This document shows positions 12,705 through 25,953 of a stretch of 64,000 nt of DNA, in pieces. Numbering within the stretch: the first letter of the stretch is position 1; each line of letters starts with the position of its first letter. Source of the DNA: Azolla caroliniana (Eukaryota; Plantae; Polypodiophyta); the NCBI GenBank assembly GCA_043228905.1, contig JBHGNT010000006.1:2170001-2234000 (forward strand), in the 5' to 3' direction. Under the pieces are notes generated by a model, which worked only from the letters and a program-made list of their open reading frames with translations, was not told the DNA's origin and made no database searches. Position numbers and translations under genes: made by a program.

Positions 12705-15227
12705 ATGTTGGCCAAATGTGGAGCTCTCCAAGAAGCTAATGCGTACTTGATAAGCATGCCACATGGCTTGCCGGCCAGTTATGTTGATTATAGATGGTAT
12801 CAGGTTGCCTTCTATGCATCCTCTTGTGTGCAACATAAGGAGGAGACGCTCCATACAATGCAACCTCCAAACAACCATTTAACCACTTTTGCGAGTCTTA
12901 TCAAAGATTGTGGCTCTACTTGTGATCTCGAGAAAGGGAAGAGGTTCCATGCCGATGCTGAAAAGAAGGGATTAACATCAGTGCTGTTCATTAGTATTAA
13001 CCTCATTCGAATGTATAGCAAATGTGGTTGTCCCATAGATGCTGAATTTATATTCATGGGTTTGTCTAAGCGTGATGTTTTCTCTTGGAATGCTATGCTC
13101 TCCACATATCTTGAAAATGATCGTCCTGTGAATGCTTTGCTCGGATTCCGGCAACTTCTAGAAGAAAAGCTGTTTTCCCCAGATCTTGTCACATTTACCA
13201 TCGTGTTACGAGCGTGTGCGACCCTTGGAGGGCATGGGAATGTGGTGGTGGAAGGAGAAATGAATTGTGTAGTTTTCCACGAGATTGGTCGTGCATTGCA
13301 TTCTCGTATTCGGAAGAAAAATGTGGTCCTGGATGCTTTTATCAATGACGCAATGGTGAATATGTATGGGAAATGTGGGAGTGTTAGAGAAGCAATATAT
13401 GTGCTAGAAACATCACGTGAGCACTCAATTGCTTCCTGGAATTCGGTACTCACAACATACCTTTGTCAGGATGAAGGAGCACACGTATTGTTAGTGTATA
13501 GAGAAATGCAAAAACAAGGTGTAAGCCCAGATTTCCATTCATTTGTTTCTGCCCTTAGAGCATGTATGATTTTGATAGATGGGGAAGAAGATATTAAGCT
13601 GAAGTTTTTTATCTCTCTTGAAATAGGGAAAGCATTACATCTAGATGCAATTCGCAAGGACCTTGTTTCAAGTGTTTATGTTGCCAATGCCCTTATTAGT
13701 ATGTATGGAAAATGTGGAAATACCATTGGTGCAGAGAATGTTTTTAGCTTGTTACCTAGCCATGATGTTGTCACATGGAATGCAATGCTCTCAATGTATG
13801 TGCAACATTTCCAAGTAGGGAATGCTTTCCATATTTTTCGGCAGATGTTAAATGAAGAGATACATCAAGACATGCTTACATTTGTCATAACCCTCCAAGC
13901 ATGTGGTACTCTAGTAGATGGTGACAATATAACCTCTAATTGTGCCCAAGGAACCAAAGCAATTGCATATGACATTGGTCAGGCGATACATGCTCATATT
14001 CGAAAACGACACTGTTTCAGCTCAAACATCTATATTAATAATACTCTCATCAGTATGTATGGGAAGTGTGGCAACATTTCTAGAGCTGAGCATGTCTTCC
14101 AATCTCTTCACGAGCCAGATGTGGTCTCTTGGAATGCCATGCTTTCAGCATATGTGGAGCATGGAAAAGCAGGCAAGGGTTTACAGTTATACAGAGAAAT
14201 GAGAAAAAACGACGAGAATCCAAATAAACTCACATATGTGATTTGTCTTCAAGCATGTGGCTCTCTTGCTGATGATGAGGATGGTAAATTCCCAAAGTTG
14301 GCATCATTAGATATTGGACAGGCATTCCATGTAGAAATCTGGAAGAAAGGTCTTCTTTCGGATGTTGTGATGGATAGTGCTCTTGTAAGCATGTATGGTA
14401 AATGTGGAATGATTCTGGAAGCTGAGACTGTCTTCAATAGCGAACTGATACAACGTAATTCAGTTACGTGGAATGCGATGATGTCAGCTTATATAGAGCA
14501 TGGCTACGCAGGGAAAGCTTTAGAGTTGTACACCAAGATGGAAGTAGAAGGCATGAGTTTGGATGAAATAACTTTGGTATGTGTTTTGCAAGCTTGCTGT
14601 CAGATAACTAACCTCCATATATGCAAGAAACTTCATTTTATCATTATTTCAACTGGGTTGGATATAACTACTACTCTTAGAAATACTCTAATGAATGCAT
14701 ATGGGTGTTGTGCAAGCCGACTACACGCATTGGCTGTGTTTTCTGGTATGTCCAAACCAGATTTGGTATCATGGAATGCATGCATAGCTGGCTATGCATA
14801 TGAGGGAAATTTTCTTGAATGCTTTCAAGTATTTGAGAGAATGCAATTCACAGGTGTAAAGGCAGATTGTGTCACAATGCTTTCCCTCCTCTATGCTTGT
14901 AGTCATGATGGTAAGGTCAATGAAGGTCTCAAGTATTTTGAGTTGATAACTACACAATGTAGCCTTTACCCAGACTTGAAGCATTATGTTGCACTACTAG
15001 ACCTGTTTGGGCGTATCGGAGACTTCAAAAAGATAGAACACGCTCTTTTTATGGGAATACCTATGCAGGCTAATGTGTCTTTCTGGTTATGCTTGCTTGG
15101 TGCATGCCGTACGCATGGAAACATAGAATTGGCAAACCATGTGTTCAAGAATGCAGTGAATTTAAAACCCAGCAATGGCTCCTCATATATTCTGTTATCA
15201 AACTTATATGCTACTCTAGGGAGGTAG
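12705..15227 (+). CDS. Single-exon PLS-class PPR protein with C-terminal E domain, no DYW (organellar RNA-editing specificity factor)
   Basis: Open frame 12591-15227 with first in-frame ATG at 12705. It has repeated P-L-S triplets (MYGKCG, SWNAMLSAY, TF...L.AC), ending with HYVALLDLFGR and W..LLGACRTHGNIE...YILLSNLYA (E1 and the start of E2), then a stop. The true start is uncertain. Confidence 0.9.
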   Translation: MLAKCGALQEANAYLISMPHGLPASYVDYRWYQVAFYASSCVQHKEETLHTMQPPNNHLTTFASLIKDCGSTCDLEKGKRFHADAEKKGLTSVLFISINLIRMYSKCGCPIDAEFIFMGLSKRDVFSWNAMLSTYLENDRPVNALLGFRQLLEEKLFSPDLVTFTIVLRACATLGGHGNVVVEGEMNCVVFHEIGRALHSRIRKKNVVLDAFINDAMVNMYGKCGSVREAIYVLETSREHSIASWNSVLTTYLCQDEGAHVLLVYREMQKQGVSPDFHSFVSALRACMILIDGEEDIKLKFFISLEIGKALHLDAIRKDLVSSVYVANALISMYGKCGNTIGAENVFSLLPSHDVVTWNAMLSMYVQHFQVGNAFHIFRQMLNEEIHQDMLTFVITLQACGTLVDGDNITSNCAQGTKAIAYDIGQAIHAHIRKRHCFSSNIYINNTLISMYGKCGNISRAEHVFQSLHEPDVVSWNAMLSAYVEHGKAGKGLQLYREMRKNDENPNKLTYVICLQACGSLADDEDGKFPKLASLDIGQAFHVEIWKKGLLSDVVMDSALVSMYGKCGMILEAETVFNSELIQRNSVTWNAMMSAYIEHGYAGKALELYTKMEVEGMSLDEITLVCVLQACCQITNLHICKKLHFIIISTGLDITTTLRNTLMNAYGCCASRLHALAVFSGMSKPDLVSWNACIAGYAYEGNFLECFQVFERMQFTGVKADCVTMLSLLYACSHDGKVNEGLKYFELITTQCSLYPDLKHYVALLDLFGRIGDFKKIEHALFMGIPMQANVSFWLCLLGACRTHGNIELANHVFKNAVNLKPSNGSSYILLSNLYATLGR

Positions 15228-16726
15228 TGAACAGAAAAATATTTCATCCAAGCTTGATTTTAAATCACTTTTGGTGGATGACATATTCCTCTATTCTCCA
15301 GCTGCAATGGAATTTCCACTAACTACAGGAGTCAGGTGAGTATTGTTAATTAACCTCAAGAAGATATGATTAAGATACATGGTATGCTCCATCAACATGT
15401 AGATAAATTTTGGTTTGGTTTCATCCCTAGATATAATGTAGATAAATTTTGAGATTTGAATACTGATACTAATAAGGAAAACCTTTACAGCTAGCGGCTC
15501 CTCAACATCTATCAATCTCAAATGGAGAATTGAGATGTACATTTGACTTTCAACAAATCCTCATTGTGTGCAACTTACATTATGTCATGTATATTATGCT
15601 TGCCATTAACATAAAATTCGGGTATGTTATACTGTAAATACAAAGCAATGCATGCCACAAGCATTCATGTTGAAATGATCAAATCCCTTGATGATTAAAA
15701 TAAAGATTGATGTGCATAACATACTGAGCCTAATTGATCTTAAAAGTTTTGCAAAAATACCCTAGCATATTTTATCTTCCTTAACCATGTAGATGTGAAT
15801 CACCAGATTCGTGGCCATTCAGCATTTCCTTTATAGCTAATAGCTCAAATTTTTACATCATTCCAGCATTTATATCTTAGTAAGTCCAACTTTTACATCG
15901 TTCACATCATTCCCAAATTATATATAACTTCTTTTTCCCAAAGCTTGGAATTTTGTCAAGTAAAAAGGTGTATACCTTCTAAAGGTTACAAGTCTTAGAA
16001 TATCAAAATAGCTTCAAATATACACAACTAATGTGTACATATTAACGGAAGAGTTTGTGGTAAGGTTGGTATATTTTAACTACATATTATGAGTATCATT
16101 GTTAAGCTGCAAAGAACCAGCTTCAATGTGTGTATGTGCGCACACGCGTGCGCAAACTTTACATGATCGAAACTTAAGATTATCCCAAATACCCTATGTT
16201 ATGTTATTTTCAGAAATGCCCTCGGCAACCCCCTCCCAAGCAATTATATGTATAGTCAATTGGTCTAATGTGACTCTTATGAGCCAAATGTCATAGGTTC
16301 AATCTGTGGATGTTGGTATACCATCATCATATGTACCATTCGAGCAATTGTATGGTCAATTCATCCTCTTGTTTCTCAATCATACATGCTATTTGCCCAC
16401 AACCCTTTTATTCACAAGGGGCATTTAGGGAAATCTTTTACCACCAGGTAGGCCTCTTCAAAACAAAAATAAAGCCAAAAAAAACGGAAAGAGTACATAT
16501 TTTATCAATCATATATATGACGAAACTTGGATTAGAAATTGATAGCTTTCTCTCCTAGCTGGAAACCAACTGTCCTTATAATTGTTTAAATAAAATTTTA
16601 TATGTAAGATCATGTCAGATCGGCCTTGCGTTTTTATTATTACTTCTGTTTTTCACAAACAATTATTGCTGTGTTGTGTTGTGTTTGTTGTATTTGTTGA
16701 TCTTCTTTTAATCTGACTTAGCACTT

Positions 16727-19700
16727 TTACACAAGGAAGGGTTTGGGAACACCTTTAAGGCTTCTCTTTCTCTTTGGCGAGGCCTCCAGTTGAGAACGTG
16801 CTTCCAAGAGGCTGAAATCTTCATCACATGTTAAGATATTTGCAAACTCAGGTTTACGAAGAAGCAATTTCGCCGTAAGGTACCCAGCTATTGACCATGT
16901 TTGATATAATCTAGCTTGTTTGCCTATGAATTTTCCTGTCTTAAGATCATAATACTCTGGCCATCTGTCTTTAGATATCCTCTTCTCTGCCACTTCAATC
17001 GCCCTCCGTGCGATCTCTGGCCTCTTCATTTTTATGCATGCAGTTGTTAGCTGCAATATCAACATTACGTGTAGGATTTTTGTCTTCAGATTGCATGCAT
17101 ATATAGAGAGTTGTTCATCATTGATGAGCATAATAAAGATGCTGAGCCAGATTACATGTATAGAGAGATACTAATGGTGATGTTGCTGATGTATAGAGAG
17201 ATGATGACAATGATGAGCATGACCACAGTGATGTTAGATTGCATATGATGATGACCAGGAGCATGATGATAATAGTTATATTGGAGAGATGATGAATATG
17301 AATGATGATGTCGGATTACATACATAGACAAGATGAATTATAATAATGACAATGTTAAATTACATACACAGATGACGATGAGAATGATGATTTCGATTAC
17401 ATTTATATAGATGATCATCATGCTTTGGTACATATACCAAAAAAACAGACCTGCCATAGAAGAGTCGGCCATGAACCTCCATTGTGGTAAGACCATGCTC
17501 TGATTAAAAGATGCAAGAGACGTGAGCATATCAATTGAAAATTCTCCCCATTGTGATTGACACCATGATAAGATAAAAAAATATATGAAAAAAGTGTGTA
17601 AGCGTTGAAGTCACACATCAACATCTTAAGAAAATGGATGCCAAACCATTCCCAGTTCCAAGAGTCATATGGTGAAGTTATGTTAGGTAAAAACACACAA
17701 CAATGATATTGAAATTTCTGATATGGAAATGGCGATCTATATGCACATGAATATCCTAAAAAACTCTAGAGCATATTTTCCTAGAGTCTTGTTATTTCAA
17801 GCATGAAAATGGCACTGGATAAAAAGTTTTTCCCAAACAACAGATGGACCATAGACTGTCAAGCTGCTTTGATTCATTATTGTTGATCCACAAGACAAAT
17901 GAGCTTAACATGTTTATAGATCTAGTTTTCATCTTTGATTGTTCCATATTTACTCAGAATAGGACATACAACAACCATGTAAATCATTTATAATCAGTTA
18001 AATTCTATATTGGAAAACTGTATATTTATTCGCATATATTGGTCTTTAGGTATGAAGAATCATTGAGTTCCAAAAGTTTCATCACTCTTCACAATCCAAA
18101 TGCTTAGTATTATTGGCCTGTATTGATCCACTTTGCTTCATCTCATTATATATTCTTTCTTATGGTTGACTGGATGATTTCTATCATCTATGTGAATCAT
18201 AACTAAATTTCTTGATGTGGATGTAATAAATGTGCTTCTAACACAGATAGTTATACTGCTTCTGTTGAAAAATCTGAAGTAAACCATTGTTTTTGGCTCC
18301 TAGTGATTAGGATAAAATTCTGTCTATAAATTGAAGAGAGGGACCTGTTGATTGCTTTCTCCTGAATTTGGCTTGAATTTATTACTTAAATCTGCATGGC
18401 AAAGTCTTTTTTACTTGGCCGAGATGACAGTTTCCAGCAAGCATAGCAAATGGAATGTAATCTACGACATTTGCATTAGCCTCCTCCTTAGAGTAATATT
18501 GACCCCATGAAGACATTATTGCGTGCCCTTCCAGTAAAACTGAAATACTTTGTTGACTACTAATTGCAGTCAAAACCTATTTTTTATTCAGCATAAAGGG
18601 GCAACAGGAAACACAAAAGTACTTAGTGTACTCTTACCAATCATCTGATGTATATTCTGTTTGGCACAAATTATATTTATATATTGTTGTTTCTGCTGTG
18701 GGAATCCTAGCTATCTGTTTTTTACACCTTTTTTCACTCAAATGAAAAGCATAGAAAAGAGAATAGAGATTACGTGTTCTTGGGGTCGCTTCCAGTAATT
18801 ATTCTCCATTCTTCACCTTCTAGAGCAGGATAGCATATCTTGAGAGGCATATTTGCTATTAGATCTGTCCATTTCGCCTCAATTAGATCCAAAATGGCAT
18901 TTGACTGTTCTGGAGTGGAAAGAGATCCAACTATTGACCATAAGTTGCCTAGAGAAAAGAATCGAAAGTCCATATGTGCAGGTTGTAGATTGCCTATAAG
19001 GTAACCGCCACGATCAGGCATCCACTCTACCAACCACGGAGGTATTTGATCTGGATAAATATTGAATTTATTGACAGCATCGTAAGAATACTCTTCTGTC
19101 TTGTACCTGTATATTTCATTTAGTTTCTTTGTATCTACCCAGTAGTATTCTCGTATATGGAAGGAGAGTGCAATCAGTCTATTTATCATGGCCCTGATGA
19201 GATCCAGGGATCCATCTTCAGGTGTAAGCATCTCTCGTGCACAGCGTAGAGCTGAGTAAAATAAAGCCTAACCATTCCAGAGAATAACCAATCAAACATG
19301 ATAAAATAGATCAATATTTATGAGCTATGTAAACATTGTCGAGGAAGCAGATATTCATACTTGAATCTCCAGTGGATGTCCATGGATGCCCATCCTACGA
19401 TCAATCATACAAGAGCCATCAGTAACCAGCAGAGTAGGAAACATATCGAAACCATCTGCTAGGCATAGTTTCAAGATCATCTTAATGCCTGTCTGAACAT
19501 CAACTCTCTCTTGCAAAGACAGATCCCCTGTGCACTTCCCGTATGCTCTTAAAAGAATAATCCACCAGAGACCTAAAGCAGATGAAACAATTCAGTAATG
19601 TGTATACAGATACATTAAGATGTCCACCTAACGAATTTAATAAGATGCAGCTGCCCCTGGTCACTAAAATTGGGAGTACAAGAGGACCTGAATCAACTGG

Positions 19701-22700
19701 TGCAACTCGTCCTATTGCTGCTTCACCAAAATCAGGATCCAAAGTCTCCTCCATAACATTTTCATCACCATCACGAGGAATAAGTCCTACTTTGAAGCTC
19801 GCAGGCATAAGACCTTGTCCAGGACTGTAGCAATCAACGGTCTTTTCCCAGCTCTACAATGTTAAAGCAGACATTACTTTATTCATTGAAAGCTTTCAGT
19901 GGTGCATTGGAATTAACCATTAATATTTAAAATTCAATTTGAATAAATTTCTACAAATAATATGAATGAAATCTATTTATTAGCATTCAGAGATTCTCTA
20001 GCATAAGTTAAATCCAACCATGAAGTTCATAGGAAATTTTTGAAACTTTATAAACACAGTATTGTATTTGGATAATGAATTAAACCAGTAGACACTCCAA
20101 CAGCAAGTCACCATCTTCATTATTCTCTACATATGTTTATGTAGTTATTAACTGCTTTTAAAAAGGGAGCAGAGGTAGCGGTTAAAATGACAAAGAGAAT
20201 ATCTATATTCAAAAAAGTGTCATAGGAAAATATATAAATGGTAGATGGTTGTGCAAGCAAGCGGGGTATATTAAGAATACAGAGACGGAAATGGCAATTT
20301 CATCATTGATTAAAGAGTACCTTCTCGCCATTCTTCAAGGTACTGGACAGACAAAGGGATGCCAGTGCCCCTAACTAGAAGCCTATTCTCTCTTAGAGGT
20401 AATTATTTAGGATAAAGCCATTATAGGGAACTACTTACCCTATTCTTATTTGAGTTGTGTTCCAAAAATTGGTTTTCATCAAAACCACATCCTTCTTGTC
20501 TGAGTGATTTTGGATAAGGAAAAAAAAACGTTAAGATATCTTCTACTGCCATTAAAAATCAATTTTTGGGTCACTAGGGATGATACAACTGAATCTCATT
20601 TATTGTCTAGCAAGCATTGGAAATCCAATCAATAACAAAGATAGTTCACTTCGCGAACATTGTGCATATTAAAATCTCCAGTTGGTTAATCAATAATGGG
20701 ATTTAGGGATCATGAATGGATATGAGGGAATGGAGGTTTCCGTAAGTGTTTCTTGCCTATTTTGATAAGCCATTATATATGACTAGTTTCCAAAGCTAGA
20801 CAATGTTTCCCATAATTTTTCATGACTGTTTTGGTATTTTACCATTGATAGCCTCTCTTGTGATCACTTCATAGAAAAGTTTGAATATATAGGTGGAAAA
20901 CAGCAAAGTACTACATAGAGGTATGCTATTTATCAAATCCATGTATTTTCCTGCCAGGTATTAATAGAAATAGTCAGTTATGGACAAAAATCCATAGAAA
21001 ATGTGGAATATACATGCTCCACCATTTTGAACTTAAGACAGAGAAGTATGACATATGCAGCTCAGAACATATTCAAGCAGCCAAGTAATGAACAGTCATT
21101 TCAATGTGTGTAAGGGTATCCATTTTGGTGATGGCTGCAATCCCTCTGCCTACTATTCTGAATAGACAATATGGCTATGGGACCGCAAAGAACATAGAAT
21201 ATACATGCCACTTGATATAGAGAAGCCTTAAATAGGCAGTGCAGATCAATTTCAATCACCTGAGTGGTAATCAAAGATTTCAATTTATACTAGAGTATTA
21301 TTTTCTATAGTAGCTGCAATCACTCTACTTATGACTCCATGTAAACAGGAGTGCTATGATTTTCCAGATCACCCACAGGAAACCATCACGTCATCGCATA
21401 TATCAGTTTGGAGCTTGGAGTCATCAGAGGGCGCAACTGTAAATGGACCTCATTCCTCAGGTATATTGTGATCATAAATTGGTTCTAATCTAATGACTAG
21501 ATGACTAGATATGCACAGATTATCACATTGTTGGGACGTCTCTTGAGTTTTGACATTAGTTAATCCCTGAGTCATCAGAAAGGCTAACTGTAAATAGACC
21601 TGATTGCTCATTGTATATTGTGATCATAGATTGGTTCTAAGTTAATGATTCAATATACACAGATTACCAAGTGCTCAACACACAGAAGTCCTGAAAGATC
21701 TAGAAGACTTTTTAGTTTTGGAACTGATTATTGGATTTTAGGATTTCTTCAATCTGACTGTATATGCAATAGGATTCATCTCCTTTGCATTGATTATAGT
21801 AGCCAAGACTCTTTCATGTACAAACGGTTGGTGTAAAGATGGCTATTTTCTATGAGCTAACACAATCTAGGTACCCTACACCCAATCTTTGGTGTTACTT
21901 TTCACAGCAGGAGTAATGGGCACACACCTCTTAGTACTATCTCTATGGAATCAGCATATCTAGGTAGAAATTATTAACCCTATATGTGTTCATAATCTCC
22001 TACACAACTTTAACGACATCCCTTCTAGTTACACTTGCGATGACAGGTGGATTCGGGAACTAGTTTGGTCTGATTTATTCTATTTCAGTTGTCATCATGT
22101 TTGCAGTTGCTTTCATCAAGTTTGACCTCACTAGAGGTGGGTAGTGGCATTGGAAGCGCAGATAAAAAGACTGTGCCCTGTGGAAACACAGGGAACAGTA
22201 ATACTGCTCGATGCATGAACGCCCTCACTACAGAATAAAGGCTAAGCTAGGCCACAGGCCTTCAATAAATTCCAAACTGCGATATGCAAAAACCTCTCAC
22301 AAGGGGACAACCTGACTGGGAGGGTGAATCTTCCCTCCTATCAGAGACTGAACGCAGAATCTCTATCAATCTGCAGATAGTTTGTGGGGCGTGGGCTGCT
22401 TCAGGAAACAGCATCGTGCTCTAAGACACGGGTATAACTCCCTGTTGCTTGCTTGCCCAATGCATATACAATCTACAGATCCTTTAATACGTCAGCAAGA
22501 TGCTTAATGTAAGGTCTGTCAATACAGTGCATAAGATCATGGGAGTGTATCAAATTGAAAGATGCTAGCTTTTTCTTATAATATATCAATATTGTTTAGA
22601 CCACTCTTGAGTTTTGAGGGGTTATAGGTGAATTATTTAATAGAACTCCTGAATACATGATATCTCTAGCTTATGAGAACATAAGAGTGTGATGCATACT

Positions 22701-24062
22701 ATTGTCTATTTAAGCATGGATCGAGGTCGTTAAGGGGTTCTCCATACCAAAGGCATCTTGGAAACTCTCTCTCACACACACACTCACTTTTTATATTTTA
22801 TCAAATTGAAATATGCTAGCTTTTTCTTATATTTTATCAATATTGTTGAGACCACTCCTGAGTTTTGAGGGGTTATAGGTGAATTATTTACTAGAACTCC
22901 TGAATGCATAATATTTCTAGCTTATGAGAACATAAGAGTGTGATACATACTATTGTCTATTTAAGCATAGATCGAGGTCGTTAAGGGGTTATCCATACCG
23001 AAGGTCTCTTGGAAACTCTTTGTCTCTCACACTCACTCACTTTCTCTACATCCAAATAATCTTTTAGCATAATAATTAACACTTTTGGAACTAGGGTTTA
23101 GGTATAGCTTTATCGGGTCTGGTGGATGTTAATGAATTCCTTTCTTTATATTTTACACATAGCATTCATGCACAGCATAACACTAGTGTATGCATGTTAT
23201 GCAAACAATCAGCAAAACTTGAAGTGAGAACACAAACCTGGAGCTGAAGTGTATAGAGGATGAAGTGTCTGACAATTTCAAATTCACCTTTCAGCAAGAA
23301 TGCAATAGCTGAAGGTATGAAATCACGAATAAACACCTGATCATAATTTAGGGGAGAGTGATCCGAAGGATCATTGGCAGCTATGGTTCCAACAGGATTT
23401 CCACAGTAATACACTGTAGCACTTTTGAGAAGCTCCCATGCTTCCCTTTCATAGACACTTTCTTCACTTGATCCATTGTGGCTTGAAGGAATATCTTCAT
23501 TAACAGATACCTTCGCTTTCACAGAGAAAAACTCTTCTTTCATATGCTCTTGAAGGAATGTACTACTTTCTGACTTTGTTTCTTTCTCCCCCTTGCCACT
23601 GTTTCCTTCAAAGATGACATTCTTGCTCTGGCAATTTGCTTTGACAGATTTTCTTGGATTTCCAAGAATGCCATTGGAATGAAGTCTCAATGCATGTAAT
23701 GGAAACGACCAACAATCAGACCTCGCAGAATATATGCGAATGGTACTATTAATGTTCATTGGACACAATCTACAGATAATGTTTGATAATGTATAAGAGC
23801 TTTGATGCAGGTTTGAGCAAACATTCTCTGCAGAATATGTACCAGAGCAAGTATGAGATGTGAGAGATGAAAAAGTAGGCTTCCTCAACCATAATTTCTT
23901 GGTGATCTCCTGGAGTTTCTTCTGTCTCCATAAAGACCTGTGTTGTTGTCCAATGACCATGTGACGTTGCCAAGGAAATATATTGTCTGTTGTGGACGGA
24001 GCTATAATAAGGGACTGTAAGTTCGGGTATACAAATGTATGGCCTAAGGGAGGCACTAACAT
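16727..24062 (-). CDS. Alkaline/neutral invertase, organellar alpha group (GH100)
   Basis: Exons 24062-23238, 19853-19688, 19572-19361, 19267-18774, 17499-17451 and 17050-16727 join in frame. Motifs: [66 protein letters not shown] long N-terminal extension is consistent with a transit peptide. Confidence 0.95.
21418..21668. repeat. Diverged ~150-bp direct repeat in invertase intron 1
   Basis: gagtcatcaga...aactgtaaat.gacct.att.ctca..gtatattgtgatcata.attggttctaa occurs at ~21418 and ~21570. Confidence 0.75.
22126..22463 (+). ncRNA. Putative highly structured RNA element (unidentified; possibly derived from a retroelement 5' UTR)
   Basis: A GC-richer island with many nested helices: GCATTGG/CCAATGC closing stem, a GAAA-capped hairpin at 22170-22199, CGATGC/GCATCG, ACGCCC/GGGCGT, CTGCG/CGCAG and a long hairpin at 22312-22344. 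The GNRA loop and G-U pairs favour the + strand. Confidence 0.5.
22549..23044. repeat. ~251-bp tandem duplication in invertase intron 1
   Basis: tcaaattgaaa.atgctagctttttcttata...ggaaactct...cactcactttt starts at ~22550 and ~22801. Confidence 0.9.
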
Positions 24063-25051
24063 CTTTGGTAGTCCAATAGAATGTGATTCAAAGAAGAAAA
24101 GTTTTGTTACTATTTGACAGTGTCAATAGCCCGCAAAAGATAATCAGTAAAAGATGATGATGATGACAAGTTTAGCAAAGGTCTGGCTTTACTTGTTAAA
24201 AGTTGTGATCATAAACAAAAACTGTGCTGGTTTGTCATCAGTGTTATCAAAATAGAGTTCTTCCCTAGTCATCTGAGGCTATAGATGTTTCTAAACTGTG
24301 ATTTCCCTGTGTTTGTCCTGGAAATAAGCATCACCAGACATTGCAATGGTTGATTCTCAGGTAGTTGTCATACAGTGTTCTGCAAATCTTTCTACATTCC
24401 ATTATCTGGAAAAGGTAAAATTCAAGAAAATATTCATGTTCATCATGAAAAATAAATATTGCAAAAGTCTTCTGTTTTAGGCAAAGACAAAATAAACCAT
24501 TCATTCGATCAATTTCAAGAAGTTTTCAGCGGATTTATGGAAAATTCACTTGCTCTCTATATTGACGAGAATGCATCAAGAAGAGGCGGAAGATCGCAAC
24601 TTGTCTGCGATTCAATCTCTTATTTGCAGAAAGACGAATGGCTTCTGGAAAGGTGCAAACAACGAGTGAATGCGACAATGCTTACATCTCGATAAACTGA
24701 TGGAAGAATGGTGAACGTTGATGAGTGCAGCGGCGTGAGGAAAAGGAACCATAGCTGCGCCGCGGCCTTCTCGTCGAGCAGGCAGGCAGAGAGACAGAGA
24801 TGGAAGACGAAGAAAGAGGAAGAAAAAAACACTTGGTTCAAAAATTAAGCGTATGTAATTAATTTTGGTCCATTTTAATACCGATCATAATAAATAATAA
24901 AATTGAAAAGAAAAAAACTTATTATTATTTCCATACTCAATAATGTCACTCACTTTAGGAAAACCATTACGCTGCATAAAGAATCCGATTGGGTATTGTA
25001 TACAAATATAAGTTTAGGGTTTCATTCAGCCTCTTCAACCCCATTATGGAA

Positions 25052-25358
25052 AAGAAATTCCACAAAATATCTCTCCTCACTAAGTAGAGAAAACATTCGC
25101 TCTATCTATTCGAGCCTTGATTCTTAGTACTTGTACTCGAACAAAGAACTTTTAGGTTTGCCACAACAACTCTCTACTCCGTAGTGGTTCCTCGCTTGGG
25201 GGAAGAAATTCCACAAAGATCTCTACTCGGTAAGTAGAGAGAGCACTCACTCTATCCGAGTCTCGATTCTTAGTACTTGGACTCGGACAATCTAGAAGAG
25301 AAACAAAGAACTTTTGGGCTTGCCACAATGTTCTACTCTACAGTGGTTCCTCACTTGG
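25052..25358. repeat. Diverged ~150-bp tandem duplication
   Basis: aagaaattccacaaa...gattcttagtacttg.actcg...agtggttcctc.cttgg occurs at ~25052 and ~25203. Confidence 0.85.
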
Positions 25359-25855
25359 TTGCTAGACGTTGGAGGGACGACATCACGCCCATTTTGGATT
25401 GTTGACACTTCCGATAGGTGTGACCCAAATATGTGACCCTTTGATTATTGATGGGCTTACTTCTCAGAAAACTTCTCGATGTTCTATAGCTTGAGGGCAA
25501 CAAGCTTTAATGCCTCAATGATGCGTCATTTTTTGCAATGCTAACTACATGATCAACACGTTGTTGATCATGTAAGCACACGAAGCATCCAACCCACATA
25601 CTAGCAAGTGTTACAATTACATAGTTTGGGCACTCAAAGTTCTAATATGGGAACACACAAGTGAAAATCCTAACGATGATTACACATGATAGCACCACTC
25701 TATCATGCACCACCCCAAGCTATTGATTTCTTTAAATGAACCAACTTGAGATTCAAGGAAGTCTTACATGTATATGAGGAATTTGAGGTAATCAACACAT
25801 TGTGTGGTATTGAAGATTATGTCCATTGCCTCAAGGGGTACGTGTTGGAAGAATG

Positions 25856-25953
25856 CGAGAACTTGCTAACTTGTGATTGCTTTAATAATACCAACAACTT
25901 AACACGAGAACTTGCTAACTTGTGATTGCTTTAATAATACCAACAACTTAACA
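25856..25953. repeat. Perfect 49-bp tandem duplication
   Basis: cgagaacttgctaacttgtgattgctttaataataccaacaacttaaca occurs twice in tandem. Confidence 0.95.

Noticed and set aside
22277-22392. Group I intron core, suggested by TCAGAGACTGAACG resembling the R element
   Set aside because: No convincing P, Q or S elements or P7 partner in the right order. Kept only as an unidentified structured RNA.
22126-22463. Telomerase RNA, SRP RNA or RNase MRP/P gene
   Set aside because: No CTAAACCCT template, no SRP helix-8 or MRP GAAAGTCCCC/GGGGCTTAC motifs, and no clear USE/TATA promoter.
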